64,000 bases of DNA from assembly GCA_040755495.1 (NCBI GenBank), contig JBFMAT010000013.1, forward strand, positions 7,968 through 71,967. The letters run 5' to 3'. Shown piece by piece: positions 37,995 through 48,377 of the stretch (positions within the stretch are counted from its first letter, which is position 1; each line of letters opens with the position of its first letter). The notes beneath the pieces were generated by a model. It had not been told where the DNA came from, searched no databases, and worked only from the letters and a program-made list of their open reading frames with translations. The stretch is from Chloroflexota bacterium (GTDB taxonomy: Bacteria > Chloroflexota > Limnocylindria > Limnocylindrales > CSP1-4). Position numbers and translations under genes: made by a program.

Positions 37995-39473
37995 GTGGGC
38001 TACGAAGACATCGTCACCCTCGCCCCCTTCATCGCGACGATCCTGGTCGCGGCGGCGATCCTGTTCGTGGACTTCGTCGCGCCCGGGCGCAAGGTCCCGG
38101 CGCTGGCGGTCACGTTCGGTGGCCTCGCGCTGGTGGCGGTCCTCGTCGTGCTCACCGGCCAGAGCGCGGTCACCGGCCGCGACGAGGTCACGGCGTTCCA
38201 GGGCGCCTACGTCGTCGATCGGCTGACGACGTTCCTGGACCTGCTGTTCGTCTCGATCGCCGCCCTCACGATCGCGTTCGCCCCGGACTACCTCGAGGAG
38301 CGGGAGCTGCCGGTGGCGGAGTTCGCCGCCGTGCTCGTGTTCGCGATCTCGGGCGCGATGCTGATCTCCGCGTCCGCGGACCTGCTGGTCCTGTTCCTGG
38401 GCCTGGAGCTGATGGTCCTGCCCGGCTACGTGCTCGCGGGCTACCACAAGTCGGACGGGTACAGCACCGAGGGCGCGATCAAGTACTTCCTGCTGGGCTC
38501 GTTCTCGAGCGCGATCTTCCTGTTCGGCCTCGCGTTCGTGTGGGGCCTCACGGGCACCACCAGCATCGCCGGGGTCGCCGGGGTGCTGGGCCAGGTCGCG
38601 GACGGGCGGCCGCTGTCGCCCGGCCTGGGCATGGGGCTCGCGTTCCTGACCACGGGCGTGGCGTTCAAGATCGCCGCCGTCCCGTTCCACTACTGGACGC
38701 CCGACGCGTACCAGGGCTCGCCCACCCCGGTCACCGGCTACCTGTCGGTGGGCCCCAAGGTGGGGGCGTTCGCGCTGATCATCCGGCTGTTCGCGGAGGC
38801 CCTCGGGCCGCTGGCCGCGGACTGGAACGTCGTGGTCATGGTCCTCGCCGCCACGACGATGACGCTGGGCAACCTGGTCGCCCTCACACAGGACAACGTC
38901 AAGCGGATGCTGGCCTACTCGTCGATCGCGCACACCGGCTACATGCTGGTGGGCTTCGCGGCCTGGGCGGCGGGGCAGCCGTCCGGCCTGGAAGGGCTGC
39001 TGTACTACGGCGCGGCGTACGCGTTCATGAACCTGGGTGCGTTCGCCGTCATCGCCGCGCTCCAGAAGCGCCTCGGCGTGACCAGCAACCTGTCCACGTT
39101 CGCGGGCCTCATCCGGCGCGAGCCGGCGCTGGCGATCCTGATGACGCTGTTCCTGCTGTCGCTCACCGGGATCCCGCCCACGGCCGGCTTCTTCGGCAAG
39201 TTCTACGTGATCCTCGCGGCCGTCCAGGCCGGCGGCTGGCTCGCCGTGCTGGCCGTGCTCGCCGTGCTCAACGCCGCGGCCGCCGCGTTCTACTACCTGC
39301 GGGTCGTGGTCTACATGTTCATGCGCGACCCGACGACCGAGATCCCCTCGCTCACCCACGGTCGCCTGGTGTGGGCAGGCCTCGCGGTGGCGACGGTGCT
39401 CACGATCGTGCTCGGGCTGTTCCCGGGCGCGATGCTCGAGATCGTGGGCGGCGCCGCAAAGGCGATCGGCTAG
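37995..39473 (+). CDS. nuoN: NADH-quinone oxidoreductase subunit N
   Basis: EGAIKYFLLG, FKIAAVPFHYWTPDAYQG, KRMLAYSSIAH, GIPPTAGFFGK; AGGAGG RBS. Confidence 0.96.
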   Translation: MGYEDIVTLAPFIATILVAAAILFVDFVAPGRKVPALAVTFGGLALVAVLVVLTGQSAVTGRDEVTAFQGAYVVDRLTTFLDLLFVSIAALTIAFAPDYLEERELPVAEFAAVLVFAISGAMLISASADLLVLFLGLELMVLPGYVLAGYHKSDGYSTEGAIKYFLLGSFSSAIFLFGLAFVWGLTGTTSIAGVAGVLGQVADGRPLSPGLGMGLAFLTTGVAFKIAAVPFHYWTPDAYQGSPTPVTGYLSVGPKVGAFALIIRLFAEALGPLAADWNVVVMVLAATTMTLGNLVALTQDNVKRMLAYSSIAHTGYMLVGFAAWAAGQPSGLEGLLYYGAAYAFMNLGAFAVIAALQKRLGVTSNLSTFAGLIRREPALAILMTLFLLSLTGIPPTAGFFGKFYVILAAVQAGGWLAVLAVLAVLNAAAAAFYYLRVVVYMFMRDPTTEIPSLTHGRLVWAGLAVATVLTIVLGLFPGAMLEIVGGAAKAIG

Positions 39474-39532
39474 CGCCGCCGCAACGCCGCAGCGGCGATC
39501 GGCGAGCCCTCCCCACCCGCCGCCCCGCCGGG

Positions 39533-40246
39533 CTAGGGCGTCACCTCCACGCCCGGCAGGATCGTCCGGAGGCCCGCGGCCATCACGTCCGGCCCGATGC
39601 CGCCCAGGGCGCCGTCCCGCACCACGCCCTCGGCGTCCACCCAGAAGTGCACGGGCAGCGCGAGGGCGCCCCACGCCGACTGCGCCGCACCGTCCGTGTC
39701 CAGGCCCACGGGGAACGTGACGCCGAGGGCGCGCATGAACGCGTCCACGGCGGCCTCGTCCTCGCGGATGTCCACGGCGATCACGACCAGCCCGGTGTCC
39801 TCGTAGCGGGTCGCGAAGCCGGTCATGGCCGGCAGCTCGTCACGGCAGGGCAGGCACCAGGTGGCCATGAAGTTGACCCACACCGGCGCACCGCGGAGCG
39901 CGGCCAGGTCGATCTCGCCGCCACCCACGCGGGGCACGCGCAGGCTCGGCGCCGGCTCGCCCACGCCGAACCCGGTCTCGGGCGCGATCGACGGCGAGGG
40001 CGACGCGGCGGGTGAGGCCGGGCCGGGCGACGCCGGCGAGGGTGCGACGGAGGGCTCGGCGGAGCCGGTGGGCGAGGGCGCCACGGACGACGGCGCTGCC
40101 GACGGCGACGGCGAGGCCGTCGCGGGCGGGTCCGAGGCGCCCGGGACGACCGGTGCCGGCGCCAGGAGCAGGATCCCGCCGAGCACGAGCCCGCCGACGA
40201 CGATGCCCGTGACGAGGCCTGTCGCGATCGCCGTCTTCCCGCCCAT
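39533..40246 (-). CDS. Membrane-anchored TlpA/ResA-family thiol-disulfide oxidoreductase
   Basis: TM anchor, Pro/Ser linker, VNFMATWCLPCRDE; TACGCT -10 at 40254-40259. Confidence 0.88.
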   Translation of the reverse strand: MGGKTAIATGLVTGIVVGGLVLGGILLLAPAPVVPGASDPPATASPSPSAAPSSVAPSPTGSAEPSVAPSPASPGPASPAASPSPSIAPETGFGVGEPAPSLRVPRVGGGEIDLAALRGAPVWVNFMATWCLPCRDELPAMTGFATRYEDTGLVVIAVDIREDEAAVDAFMRALGVTFPVGLDTDGAAQSAWGALALPVHFWVDAEGVVRDGALGGIGPDVMAAGLRTILPGVEVTP

Positions 40247-40315
40247 CGGCGCGAGCGTACCAGTACCAACCGGTCGGGGGCAGGTCGCGCCGGCGTCCTC
40301 TAGGATTCCGGGGCC

Positions 40316-41068
40316 ATGGTCCCCGTCCTCGTCGCCGTCCGCACGCGCCTGGTCCCGGCGCTGGTCACCGCGCTGGGCGTGGTGCTGGTCACCGCGGGCC
40401 TCACGTCCTACGCGGACCCCACGACCGCGGGTGCCTTCGTGGACGGCCCGCCGACCATCGAGGTGCTGTCACCGACGCCGTCCGCCTCGCCGACGGCCTC
40501 GCCGGACGTCTCGGCATCGGCGCCCGCCTCGGCGCTACCCAGCCCGACCGCCTCGCCGACCGCGGTCCCCGGCGAGCGCGTGGTCGCGACGCGGGTCGTC
40601 GTCCCCGCGCTGGACATCGACCTGCCCGTGGTCAAGGGCAACGACGGCTACCCCCTGTGCAACGTCGCGATGTACCTGCACAGCGACCCGTCGGCGGCGC
40701 TGGACCTGTTCGGCCAGCCGGGCGAGGGCCGCGCGACGTACCTGTATGCCCACGCCCGCGACGGCATGTTCGGACCGATCTACGAGCTGGCGATCCAGAA
40801 GAAGCAGGGCCGCAAGATGCTGGGCATGATCGTGCAGGTCTACACCAGCGACGACCGGCTGCACCTGTACGAGATCCGCGAGGTCCGGCTCCACCAGACC
40901 AGCCTCGACGACGTGATCGCGGCCACCGAGGAGCAGCTCTGGCTGCAGACTTCCGAGGGACCCAAGGGCACCCGCGGCAAGACGCAGCTGATCGCATTCC
41001 CGATCTCGGTCGGGGACGCCGACCCCGCCGACGCCCGCCCGAAGCCCAGGCCCGTCGCCTGCGGGTAG
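40316..41068 (+). CDS. Sortase-like protein with Ser at the catalytic Cys position
   Basis: TM anchor, Pro/Ser linker, VVPALDIDLPV, YLYAHARDGMF, LWLQTSEG. Confidence 0.7.
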   Translation: MVPVLVAVRTRLVPALVTALGVVLVTAGLTSYADPTTAGAFVDGPPTIEVLSPTPSASPTASPDVSASAPASALPSPTASPTAVPGERVVATRVVVPALDIDLPVVKGNDGYPLCNVAMYLHSDPSAALDLFGQPGEGRATYLYAHARDGMFGPIYELAIQKKQGRKMLGMIVQVYTSDDRLHLYEIREVRLHQTSLDDVIAATEEQLWLQTSEGPKGTRGKTQLIAFPISVGDADPADARPKPRPVACG

Positions 41069-41088
41069 TCACCCGGCGGGACGGCGCG

Positions 41089-42144
41089 TCAGATCCAGTC
41101 GATCCGGCGCAGGAACACCGCGGTCAGGGCCGCCAGCACGCCGATCGCGCCGGTGATCAGCCAGAACCCGGGGGCCTCCCCGGCGGCGATCGCGGCCCCC
41201 GCCTCGCTCATGCCGAAGATTCCGGCCAGGGCCCCCATGCCGGCCAGGATCACCGTGACGCCGGTCAGGCGCTTCATGATCGCGGACAGGTTGTTGTTGA
41301 CCGTCGACAGGTAGACCTCGAGGGTGCCCGCCACGAGCTCCCGGTCGTTGTCCAGCTCGTCCGTGACCCGGATCAGGTGGTCGTACACGTCGCGGAAGTA
41401 GAGCACGTGCTCGGGCGCGATCAGGTCCAGGTCCCGGTTCGTCAGCTGGTTGAAGATCTCGCGCGCCGGGGTGATCGCCCGGCGCAGCCCGACCAGCTCG
41501 CGCTTGAGCGTGAACAGCCGCTCCAGGGTCCAGGTCGTGGGCTTGCGGATCACGTCGTCCTGGAGCGTGTCGAGCTCGTCCCCGATCGCGTCCAGCACCG
41601 GGAAGTAGCCGTCCACGATACCGTCGGTGATCGCGTACAGCAGGAAGTCCACGCCCCGCTTGAGCAGGTGGCCGCCGTCGCCCCGCAGCTGCGGCAGGGA
41701 GAATGGATCCCAGCCCGGGTCGTGGACCGTCAACAGCAGGTCCCGGTCCAGGACGATGTCCACCTCGGTCTCGGTGAGCTCGCCGCCGTAGGCAATCGAA
41801 AAGATCACGATGTGGATCGCGCCCTCGATCTCCTCGTACTTCGCGCGCTGGTTGCGCTCCGCGATGTCCTCGGTGATGAGCGGGTGGAGCCGGACGAGGT
41901 CGGCGAGCTCCGCGATGTCCGCGTGCTCGGGGGCGGTGACGTCCACCCACACCCGGGTCGTGGGATCGGCCAGGGCAGGCTCGAGCGCCTCGCGACCGTC
42001 CAGGCGCAGCACCCCGCCCTTCGACCACGCGAGCGCCCGGACGCGCGGCCACGGGTCCGCTGCCTCCGCCGGGTTCGCGCCCGCCCCGGCGTCGCGGGCT
42101 CGCTCAGCCGGCCGCTCCGGGCTCGGGATGCCGTCGGGGTCCAT
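41089..42144 (-). CDS. corA: CorA-family divalent cation transporter
   Basis: LHPLITEDI..QRAKYE, YFRDVYDHL, MKRLT; GIFGMS in place of GMN; start could be 42174. Confidence 0.88.
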   Translation of the reverse strand: MDPDGIPSPERPAERARDAGAGANPAEAADPWPRVRALAWSKGGVLRLDGREALEPALADPTTRVWVDVTAPEHADIAELADLVRLHPLITEDIAERNQRAKYEEIEGAIHIVIFSIAYGGELTETEVDIVLDRDLLLTVHDPGWDPFSLPQLRGDGGHLLKRGVDFLLYAITDGIVDGYFPVLDAIGDELDTLQDDVIRKPTTWTLERLFTLKRELVGLRRAITPAREIFNQLTNRDLDLIAPEHVLYFRDVYDHLIRVTDELDNDRELVAGTLEVYLSTVNNNLSAIMKRLTGVTVILAGMGALAGIFGMSEAGAAIAAGEAPGFWLITGAIGVLAALTAVFLRRIDWI

Positions 42145-43777
42145 CGGGATCGGGCTCTCCGCTGCGGGGTGCATCCGCCTCGCCGCCCGGGAGCATACGC
42201 CGCCGGCGGCGGTCCAGGACGAGCGATGGCGGGATCGCGACCGCCGTCACGACCGCCGCGACGAGGAAGATGCCGACCATGATCCGCGCCGCCTCGGACG
42301 CCGCCCACCCCTCGAGCGCCTCGACGACCAGGCCGTCCTCCAGCGGTCGGTCGCGGAGCGACGCCGGGATGAACTCCAGGTAGGCGTCGGAGGTGGCATA
42401 GACCTGGTCGTACAGCCGGTCGATGGTGGTCGAGCCATAGGCCGTGAGGATCGCGAGGCCGACCGCCATGCCCACCATCCGGGCGACCGTCACGGTCGAC
42501 GACGCGATGCCGTAGGCCTCGCGCGCGACGGCCTCCACCGCGGCCGTGGAGCGCGGCGTGACCGTGAGCCCGAAGCCGGCCCCGAACAGGGCGAGCGCGC
42601 CGGCCGCGGCCTCGATCGTGGTGTCGGCGGTCCAGCCCGCCATCAGGACGAGCCCCGCGATCGAGGCGGCCAGCCCGAGCAGCGTCACCAGCCGCAGCGA
42701 GAGCACGCGGACCGCGAACCCCGAGAGGAGCGCCCCCGCCGCCGTCGCCGCCCCCAGCGCGCCGAGCGCGAGGCGCTGCTCGTCCGGCCCGCCGTACAGG
42801 ACGCGGTCCACGAACACGGCCCCGCCCACGATCGCGGTCGCGAACCCGTAGCCCGTCAGGGCGGACACGAGGGCGGCCGCCGCGAACGGGGCGTGGCGGA
42901 ACAGGCGCGGATCGAGGAACGGGTCCCCAACCCGGAGCCCGCGCGCCAGCGCCACGGGCCCCGCGACGGCGGCCAGGCCGGCCAGGACGAGCGACACCGT
43001 GACGGGGTCGAACGCCTCGCCCGCACCGCCATCGGCGCGGCTGCCGAGCAGGGTGAGCGCGCCCAGGGCCCCGACCAGGAACGCGGAGAACAGGAGCGCC
43101 CCCGCCACGTCCACGCGCCCGGCCCGGCGCGGCGTGTCCCAGCCGCTGCTGGCCGCCCACGCGATCGCCAGCGCGGCGATGCCGACCGGGACGTTGACGT
43201 AGAACACCCAGCGCCAGGCCGGCGCGAAGGCGTCGTGGACGGGGCCCGACACGTACCCCAGCCGCGACAGCGCGGCGTCCGGGTGGAACGCGTCGAGGAT
43301 CGCCGCGCCCAGGAACGGCCCGGCCGCCATGCCCAGGAACGTCAGCGCGCCCACGACGCCCAGCGCCCGCGGACGGTCGAGGCCCGTGAACAGGTGCGAC
43401 GCCGCCGACGTGGCGACGGGCACCAGCGCCCCGCCGCCGGCGGCCTGGACGAGGCGCGCCGCCACCAGCTCCTCCAGCGACTGCGCCCGGCCCGCCAGCG
43501 CGGACCCGATGGTGAACAGCACGAGCGCCACGAGGAACAGCCGCCGGTTGCCCCACAGGTCCGCCAGGCGGCCCGCCAGGGGCATCGTGACCACGTACAG
43601 CAGCAGGTAGCCGTTGATGACCCACGACGCCTCGCGGAGGCGCGTCCAGTCGGCGAGATCCGTGACGATGGCGGGCAGCGCGACGGCCGTGATCATCAGC
43701 TCGAGGCCGGCCAGGAACACGCCGGCCCCCAGCACGGCGAGGAGCACGAGCGCGTCGCGTCGCGAGAGCCGGTCCAC
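42104..43777 (-). CDS. MFS drug/H+ antiporter (DHA2-like, 14 TM)
   Basis: AVALPAI, WVINGYLL, GRLADLWGNRRLF, WRWVFYVNVPVG; TACACT -10 6 nt before GTG 43777. Confidence 0.9.
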   Translation of the reverse strand: MDRLSRRDALVLLAVLGAGVFLAGLELMITAVALPAIVTDLADWTRLREASWVINGYLLLYVVTMPLAGRLADLWGNRRLFLVALVLFTIGSALAGRAQSLEELVAARLVQAAGGGALVPVATSAASHLFTGLDRPRALGVVGALTFLGMAAGPFLGAAILDAFHPDAALSRLGYVSGPVHDAFAPAWRWVFYVNVPVGIAALAIAWAASSGWDTPRRAGRVDVAGALLFSAFLVGALGALTLLGSRADGGAGEAFDPVTVSLVLAGLAAVAGPVALARGLRVGDPFLDPRLFRHAPFAAAALVSALTGYGFATAIVGGAVFVDRVLYGGPDEQRLALGALGAATAAGALLSGFAVRVLSLRLVTLLGLAASIAGLVLMAGWTADTTIEAAAGALALFGAGFGLTVTPRSTAAVEAVAREAYGIASSTVTVARMVGMAVGLAILTAYGSTTIDRLYDQVYATSDAYLEFIPASLRDRPLEDGLVVEALEGWAASEAARIMVGIFLVAAVVTAVAIPPSLVLDRRRRRMLPGGEADAPRSGEPDPDGPRRHPEPGAAG

Positions 43778-43840
43778 GCGGCGAGTGTAGGGCGTTGCTG
43801 GCGCCGGACGGGACGACTCCTCGGGCCGGCGACGCGGGGC

Positions 43841-43899
43841 TTGACACGGCACGCGGACCTCAATAGCATCAACGGCCGTTGATATAAACCGCCGTTGAT
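43841..43899 (+). promoter_or_regulatory. Sigma70 promoter with a tandem palindromic operator
   Basis: TTGACA (43841), 17 bp spacer, TAGCAT (43864); perfect palindrome ATCAACGGCCGTTGAT (43868-43883) followed directly by ATAAACCGCCGTTGAT (43884-43899). Confidence 0.8.
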
Positions 43900-43945
43900 C
43901 CGACGGCGCCGGCCTTCCCCGGACCACAGGGGTCGTCAACCGCCC

Positions 43946-44317
43946 GTGTCCCCGTCACCCGCCCGCATCCGCAGCACCATCGCGTCCGCGCTGGACCAGC
44001 CGGACGACCTGCGCGAGCTGCGGCTGTTCCACAAGACCCTCGCCGACGTGAACCGCCTGCGCATCGTGCGCCGGCTCGCGGACGGCCCGGCGACGGTGAC
44101 GGAGCTCATCGAGCACGTCGGCCTGTCCCAGCCGCTCGTCTCGTGGCACCTGGGCAAGCTTCGCGAGGTGGGCCTCGTGACGGCGCGCCGCAACGGCCGC
44201 GAGACGGTCCACACGATCGAGCCCGAGGCCTTCGCCCGGTTCGCCGATCGCCAGGCCGAGGTGCTCGGCTTCGGCGGGGCCGCCGGCACCGGGCCCGCGC
44301 GGCAGGCCGCCTCGTGA
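43946..44317 (+). CDS. ArsR/SmtB-family transcriptional regulator
   Basis: KTLADVNRLRIV..ATVTEL..LSQPLVSWHL..L..VGLV..RRNGRE; start uncertain (43895 or 43946). Confidence 0.88.
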   Translation: MSPSPARIRSTIASALDQPDDLRELRLFHKTLADVNRLRIVRRLADGPATVTELIEHVGLSQPLVSWHLGKLREVGLVTARRNGRETVHTIEPEAFARFADRQAEVLGFGGAAGTGPARQAAS

Positions 44318-45024
44318 CCGGCTCGCTCGTCTCCCCGGAGGCCCGGGCGCGGGTCCGCGGCCTGATCACGCCGATCGCGGTCGCGCTCGGCCGGCTCGGC
44401 CTGACGCCCAACGCCCTCACGCTGGTCGGCTTCGGCGTCGCCTGCGTCGCGGCGGCCGCCGCGGCCGCGCAGGCGTGGCTCCTGGCCGGGCTGCTCGTGG
44501 TCTTCGGCGGCGTGTTCGACCTGTTCGACGGCGCGCTGGCCCGCGCCACCAACCGCGTGTCGAGCCTCGGGGCGTTCATGGACTCCGTGTTCGACCGGTG
44601 GGGCGAGGGGGTTGTGTACGTCGGCGTCGTCGTCGGCTGCCTGGCGGCGGACTTCGCGCTCGGGGCGTTCCTCGCCGCGGCGGCGATGGCCTCGGCGTTC
44701 ATGGTCAGCTACACGCGGGCCAAGGCCGAGAGCCTGGGCTTCACCGCGGGCACCGGCATGGCCAACGTGGGCCTCGCGCCGCGCGAGGTCCGGATCGCGA
44801 TCCTCACCGTGGGGCTCGTCCTGACGGGCATCCAGGGGACGGCGAACCCGCTGCTCGTCTACGAGAGCTACACGCTCCCGGGCGGCATCGACGTGGTCCT
44901 GCCGTGGGCCGGTGAGGTCTGGCTGTCCTGGAGCCTCGCCGCGATCGCCGTCCTCGCGGCCGTCACCACCATCCAGCGAATCGTCCATACCATCAACCAG
45001 GCATCGAAGCAGGAGCAGGGGTAA
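44314..45024 (+). CDS. CDP-alcohol phosphatidyltransferase, phosphatidylinositol(-phosphate) synthase-like
   Basis: TPNALT, DLFDGALAR...GAFMDSVFDR, VSYTRAKAESLG; adjacent to ino1. Confidence 0.88.
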   Translation: MTGSLVSPEARARVRGLITPIAVALGRLGLTPNALTLVGFGVACVAAAAAAAQAWLLAGLLVVFGGVFDLFDGALARATNRVSSLGAFMDSVFDRWGEGVVYVGVVVGCLAADFALGAFLAAAAMASAFMVSYTRAKAESLGFTAGTGMANVGLAPREVRIAILTVGLVLTGIQGTANPLLVYESYTLPGGIDVVLPWAGEVWLSWSLAAIAVLAAVTTIQRIVHTINQASKQEQG

Positions 45025-45033
45025 CCGGAGCCC

Positions 45034-46245
45034 ATGGAGCAGGAGCAGCAGGTGAGCAACAACGGCAGCGCGCCGAAGCAGCGCGGCAAGAAGATCCGCG
45101 TCGCGATCGTCGGCGTCGGCAACTGCGCGAGCAGCCTCGTGCAGGGCCGCTACTACTACGAGAACGCCAAGCCGGGCGACTTCGTGCCGGGGCTGATGCA
45201 CGTCCAGCTGGGCGACTACCACATCAGCGACGTCGAGTTCGTGGCCGCCTTCGACATCGACAAGCAGAAGGTCGGCAAGGACCTGTCCGAGGCGATCTTC
45301 TCGGGCCTCAACAACACCTACAAGTTCATGGACGTGCCGCACCTGGGCGTCAACGTGGACCGCGGGATGACCCACGACGGCCTGGGCAAGTACCTGTCCC
45401 AGGTGATCGAGAAGGCCCCCGGCCCCACGGCGGACGTGGTGGGCATCCTCAAGGAGCGCGAGGTCGACCTCGTGGTGTCCTACCTCCCCGTCGGGAGCGA
45501 GGAAGCCACCAAGTGGTACGTCGAGCAGGCGCTCCAGGCGGGCGTCGGCTTCATCAACGCCATCCCGGTGTTCATCGGTCGCGAGCCCTACTGGCAGCGC
45601 CGGTTCGCCGAGAAGGGCCTGCCGGTCATCGGCGACGACATCAAGAGCCAGGTCGGCGCGACGATCACCCACCGCGTCCTCACCCGCCTGTTCATGGACC
45701 GCGGCGTGCGCATCGACCGCACGTACCAGCTGAACTTCGGCGGCAACACGGACTTCCTGAACATGCTCGAGCGCGAGCGCCTCGAGTCCAAGAAGATCTC
45801 CAAGACCAACGCCGTGACCTCGATGCTCGACTACGACATCGAGCCCGACAACATCCACGTCGGCCCCTCGGACTACGTGCCGTGGCTCAAGGACCGCAAG
45901 TGGTGCCACATCCGGATCGAGGGCACGACGTTCGGCGACGTGCCGCTCAACGCCGAGCTCAAGCTCGAGGTCTGGGACAGCCCCAACAGCGCCGGCGTGA
46001 TCATCGACGCGATCCGCTGCCTGCGCATCGGGCTCGACCGCGGCCTCAAGGGCACGCTCGTGGCTCCCTCGTCCTACTTCATGAAGTCGCCGCCCATCCA
46101 GATCCACGACGACATCGCGTTCAACCGCGTCGAGGCGTTCATCCGGGGCGACGACAACGAGACGCTCGTGGGCACCGAGGAGTCGAAGAAGGACTCGAAG
46201 GCGCTGGCGGGCCAGGCGAAGGCGAAGGCCGCCGCCGCGAAGTGA
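45034..46245 (+). CDS. ino1: myo-inositol-1-phosphate synthase
   Basis: [59 protein letters not shown]. Confidence 0.96.
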   Translation: MEQEQQVSNNGSAPKQRGKKIRVAIVGVGNCASSLVQGRYYYENAKPGDFVPGLMHVQLGDYHISDVEFVAAFDIDKQKVGKDLSEAIFSGLNNTYKFMDVPHLGVNVDRGMTHDGLGKYLSQVIEKAPGPTADVVGILKEREVDLVVSYLPVGSEEATKWYVEQALQAGVGFINAIPVFIGREPYWQRRFAEKGLPVIGDDIKSQVGATITHRVLTRLFMDRGVRIDRTYQLNFGGNTDFLNMLERERLESKKISKTNAVTSMLDYDIEPDNIHVGPSDYVPWLKDRKWCHIRIEGTTFGDVPLNAELKLEVWDSPNSAGVIIDAIRCLRIGLDRGLKGTLVAPSSYFMKSPPIQIHDDIAFNRVEAFIRGDDNETLVGTEESKKDSKALAGQAKAKAAAAK

Positions 46246-47309
46246 CCCGGCGCGACCGCAGGCTCGAGGCGCCCCACCGGCGCCTCGACTCCACCCCGCC
46301 GCGCGTCGTCGAGCGCGCGGCGGTGTTCGGCTACCGTGGCGCGTCCGCCGTGCTGTCGCACGTGCCGCCGCGCCTGTCCCGGGCCGTGATCGGGACGGCC
46401 GCCCAGGGCAGCTACCTCGCCTGGCCGGCGAAGCGTCGGAACTCCAACGTCAACTTCAGCCGCGTGCTCGGGCTGCCACACGACCACCCCGCCGTCCGGA
46501 GCCTCGCCCTCCGCGCCTACCGCGAGTACGCGACCTACATGGTCGAGCTCATGCGGCTGCCCTCGCGGTCGCCGGAGGAGCTCGCCGACAGCGTCGAGGG
46601 CGACGGCATCGACCGCCTCGCCGCGGCGTGGAGCGAGTCCGGGCGGCCGATGATCGTGGTCGCCGGACACGTGGGCAACAACGAGGCGATCGCCGCCGCG
46701 ATCGCCCACCGCGGCTACCCCGCCAACGTGGTCGCCGACGACTCATCGTTCCCCGAGCTGTTCGAGCTGCTCCGCCGGCAGCGCGAGTCGTGGGGCGTGC
46801 ACGTGATCCCGTGGCGCAACCTGCGCGAGCTGTTCACCGTGTTGCGGCGCAAGGAGATCCTCGCGCTGCTGATCGACTGGGGATACCGGCCGGACGGCAT
46901 CCCGGTGCGCCTGTTCGACCACTGGACGACGCTCCCGGCGGGACCCGCCACGCTGGCGGCCAAGACGGGCGCGCTAATCGCCCCGCTCGCGATCCGGCGC
47001 ACGGCGCACGGCCGGTTCCGGATCGAGCTCCACGACCCGTTCGACGTGCCGTCATCGGACCCGGCGACGCTCCAGCGCGCGACCCAGCGGGTCGCCGACG
47101 CGCTGCAGAGCACGGTCGCCGCGGCGCCCGAGCAGTGGTACAGCTTCAAGCCGATGTGGCCCCACGATCCCGAGGAGGCCCGTGACCTCGAGGACCGGGC
47201 GCGGCGCATGCTCGACGGCGGTGCCGTGCGGGAGACGGACCTCGCCGAGGCGGCGGTCGCGGCGACGGGCCCCGCCGGAACGGACCTCGCGGGGGCAGGC
47301 GACTCGTGA
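46242..47309 (+). CDS. Lipid acyltransferase (PatA/LpxL-like)
   Basis: H-x4-E motif [25 protein letters not shown]. Confidence 0.85.
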   Translation: MTRRDRRLEAPHRRLDSTPPRVVERAAVFGYRGASAVLSHVPPRLSRAVIGTAAQGSYLAWPAKRRNSNVNFSRVLGLPHDHPAVRSLALRAYREYATYMVELMRLPSRSPEELADSVEGDGIDRLAAAWSESGRPMIVVAGHVGNNEAIAAAIAHRGYPANVVADDSSFPELFELLRRQRESWGVHVIPWRNLRELFTVLRRKEILALLIDWGYRPDGIPVRLFDHWTTLPAGPATLAAKTGALIAPLAIRRTAHGRFRIELHDPFDVPSSDPATLQRATQRVADALQSTVAAAPEQWYSFKPMWPHDPEEARDLEDRARRMLDGGAVRETDLAEAAVAATGPAGTDLAGAGDS

Positions 47310-48343
47310 CGGGTGTGGCCGCGCCGGAGCCCGTGCCGGGCGGGGCCGGATCCTCGCCCCCGACCCGGATCGGCCTGCGCACGCGGCTGCTGCTCGCCGG
47401 CGCGACGCTGCTCGCCCGCCTCCCGGAGGCGCCGCTCGTCGCCGCCGCCGATTCGATCGGCGAGCTGTGGTACCGGCTGGCGCCCGCCCGCGCGGCCCAG
47501 GCGCGGGCGAACCTCGGCCGGGTCTGCGCCGACCTCGCGGCCAACGGGCGCGGCACCGCGCTCGCCCGTCGGGCGGCCACGGATCCCGGGGCGCTGGAGC
47601 GGATGATCCGGGCGTCGTTCCGGCACGCCGTGCGCTACTACCTCGAGGTCGCGAGGACCGGCGGCTACGACATCGAGACCGCGCTCGCCCGCATCGACGT
47701 CGAGACCCCTGACGAGGTTCGCGAGGCGCTGGAGAGCGGCCGGCCGGTGATCATCGTCGGGATGCACTTCGGCGCCATCGAGCTGCCGGTGGTCGAGGTC
47801 TCGCACCTCGTCGGCCATCGCGTGACCGCCCCCATGGAGACCGTGGCGGACCCCGGGCTGCAGCGCTGGTTCATCGAATCCCGGGGCCGGGTGGGCGTCA
47901 ACATCGTCCCGCTGGCCGACGCGCGGCGCGTCCTGCTGCGCAGGCTGCGGAGCGGCGAGTCGGTGGGGCTGGTGGCGGACCGCGACATCACGGGCAGCGG
48001 CATCGCGGTCCCGTTCTTCGGCCATCCGGCGCCCATGCCCGCCGGGCCCGCGCTGCTCGCGATCGAGACCGGCGTCCCGGTCTACGCCGGTGCCGCGCGC
48101 CGGACGAAGGGCCGCCGCTACGCCGGGCGGCTGATCCTCGTCCCGGCACCGCCGGCCGGGTCGCGCCGGGAGCGGATGGTTGCGCTCACCGCGGCGATCG
48201 CCCAGGCGTTCGAGTCGCTGATCGCGGACGCGCCGGAGCAGTGGTGGGGCGCGTTCCACCCGATCTGGCCGGACCTCGTGGTGGGCAGGACGGAGACCGG
48301 CCGCGGCGCCGAGCGCGCGGCACCCGCGGAGGACCCGTCGTGA
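47306..48343 (+). CDS. Second lipid acyltransferase (PatA/LpxL-like)
   Basis: MHFGAIE, GLVADRD, PFFG..MPAGPALLA, PEQWW. Confidence 0.85.
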   Translation: MTGVAAPEPVPGGAGSSPPTRIGLRTRLLLAGATLLARLPEAPLVAAADSIGELWYRLAPARAAQARANLGRVCADLAANGRGTALARRAATDPGALERMIRASFRHAVRYYLEVARTGGYDIETALARIDVETPDEVREALESGRPVIIVGMHFGAIELPVVEVSHLVGHRVTAPMETVADPGLQRWFIESRGRVGVNIVPLADARRVLLRRLRSGESVGLVADRDITGSGIAVPFFGHPAPMPAGPALLAIETGVPVYAGAARRTKGRRYAGRLILVPAPPAGSRRERMVALTAAIAQAFESLIADAPEQWWGAFHPIWPDLVVGRTETGRGAERAAPAEDPS

Positions 48344-48377
48344 GCGGCGATCCCGTCGTGAGCGGCGATCCCGTCGT
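48334..48377 (+). repeat. 18-bp tandem duplication spanning the acyltransferase stop / PHP start
   Basis: CCCGTCGTGAGCGGCGAT x2 plus a partial copy; encodes VSGDPV twice. Confidence 0.85.
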
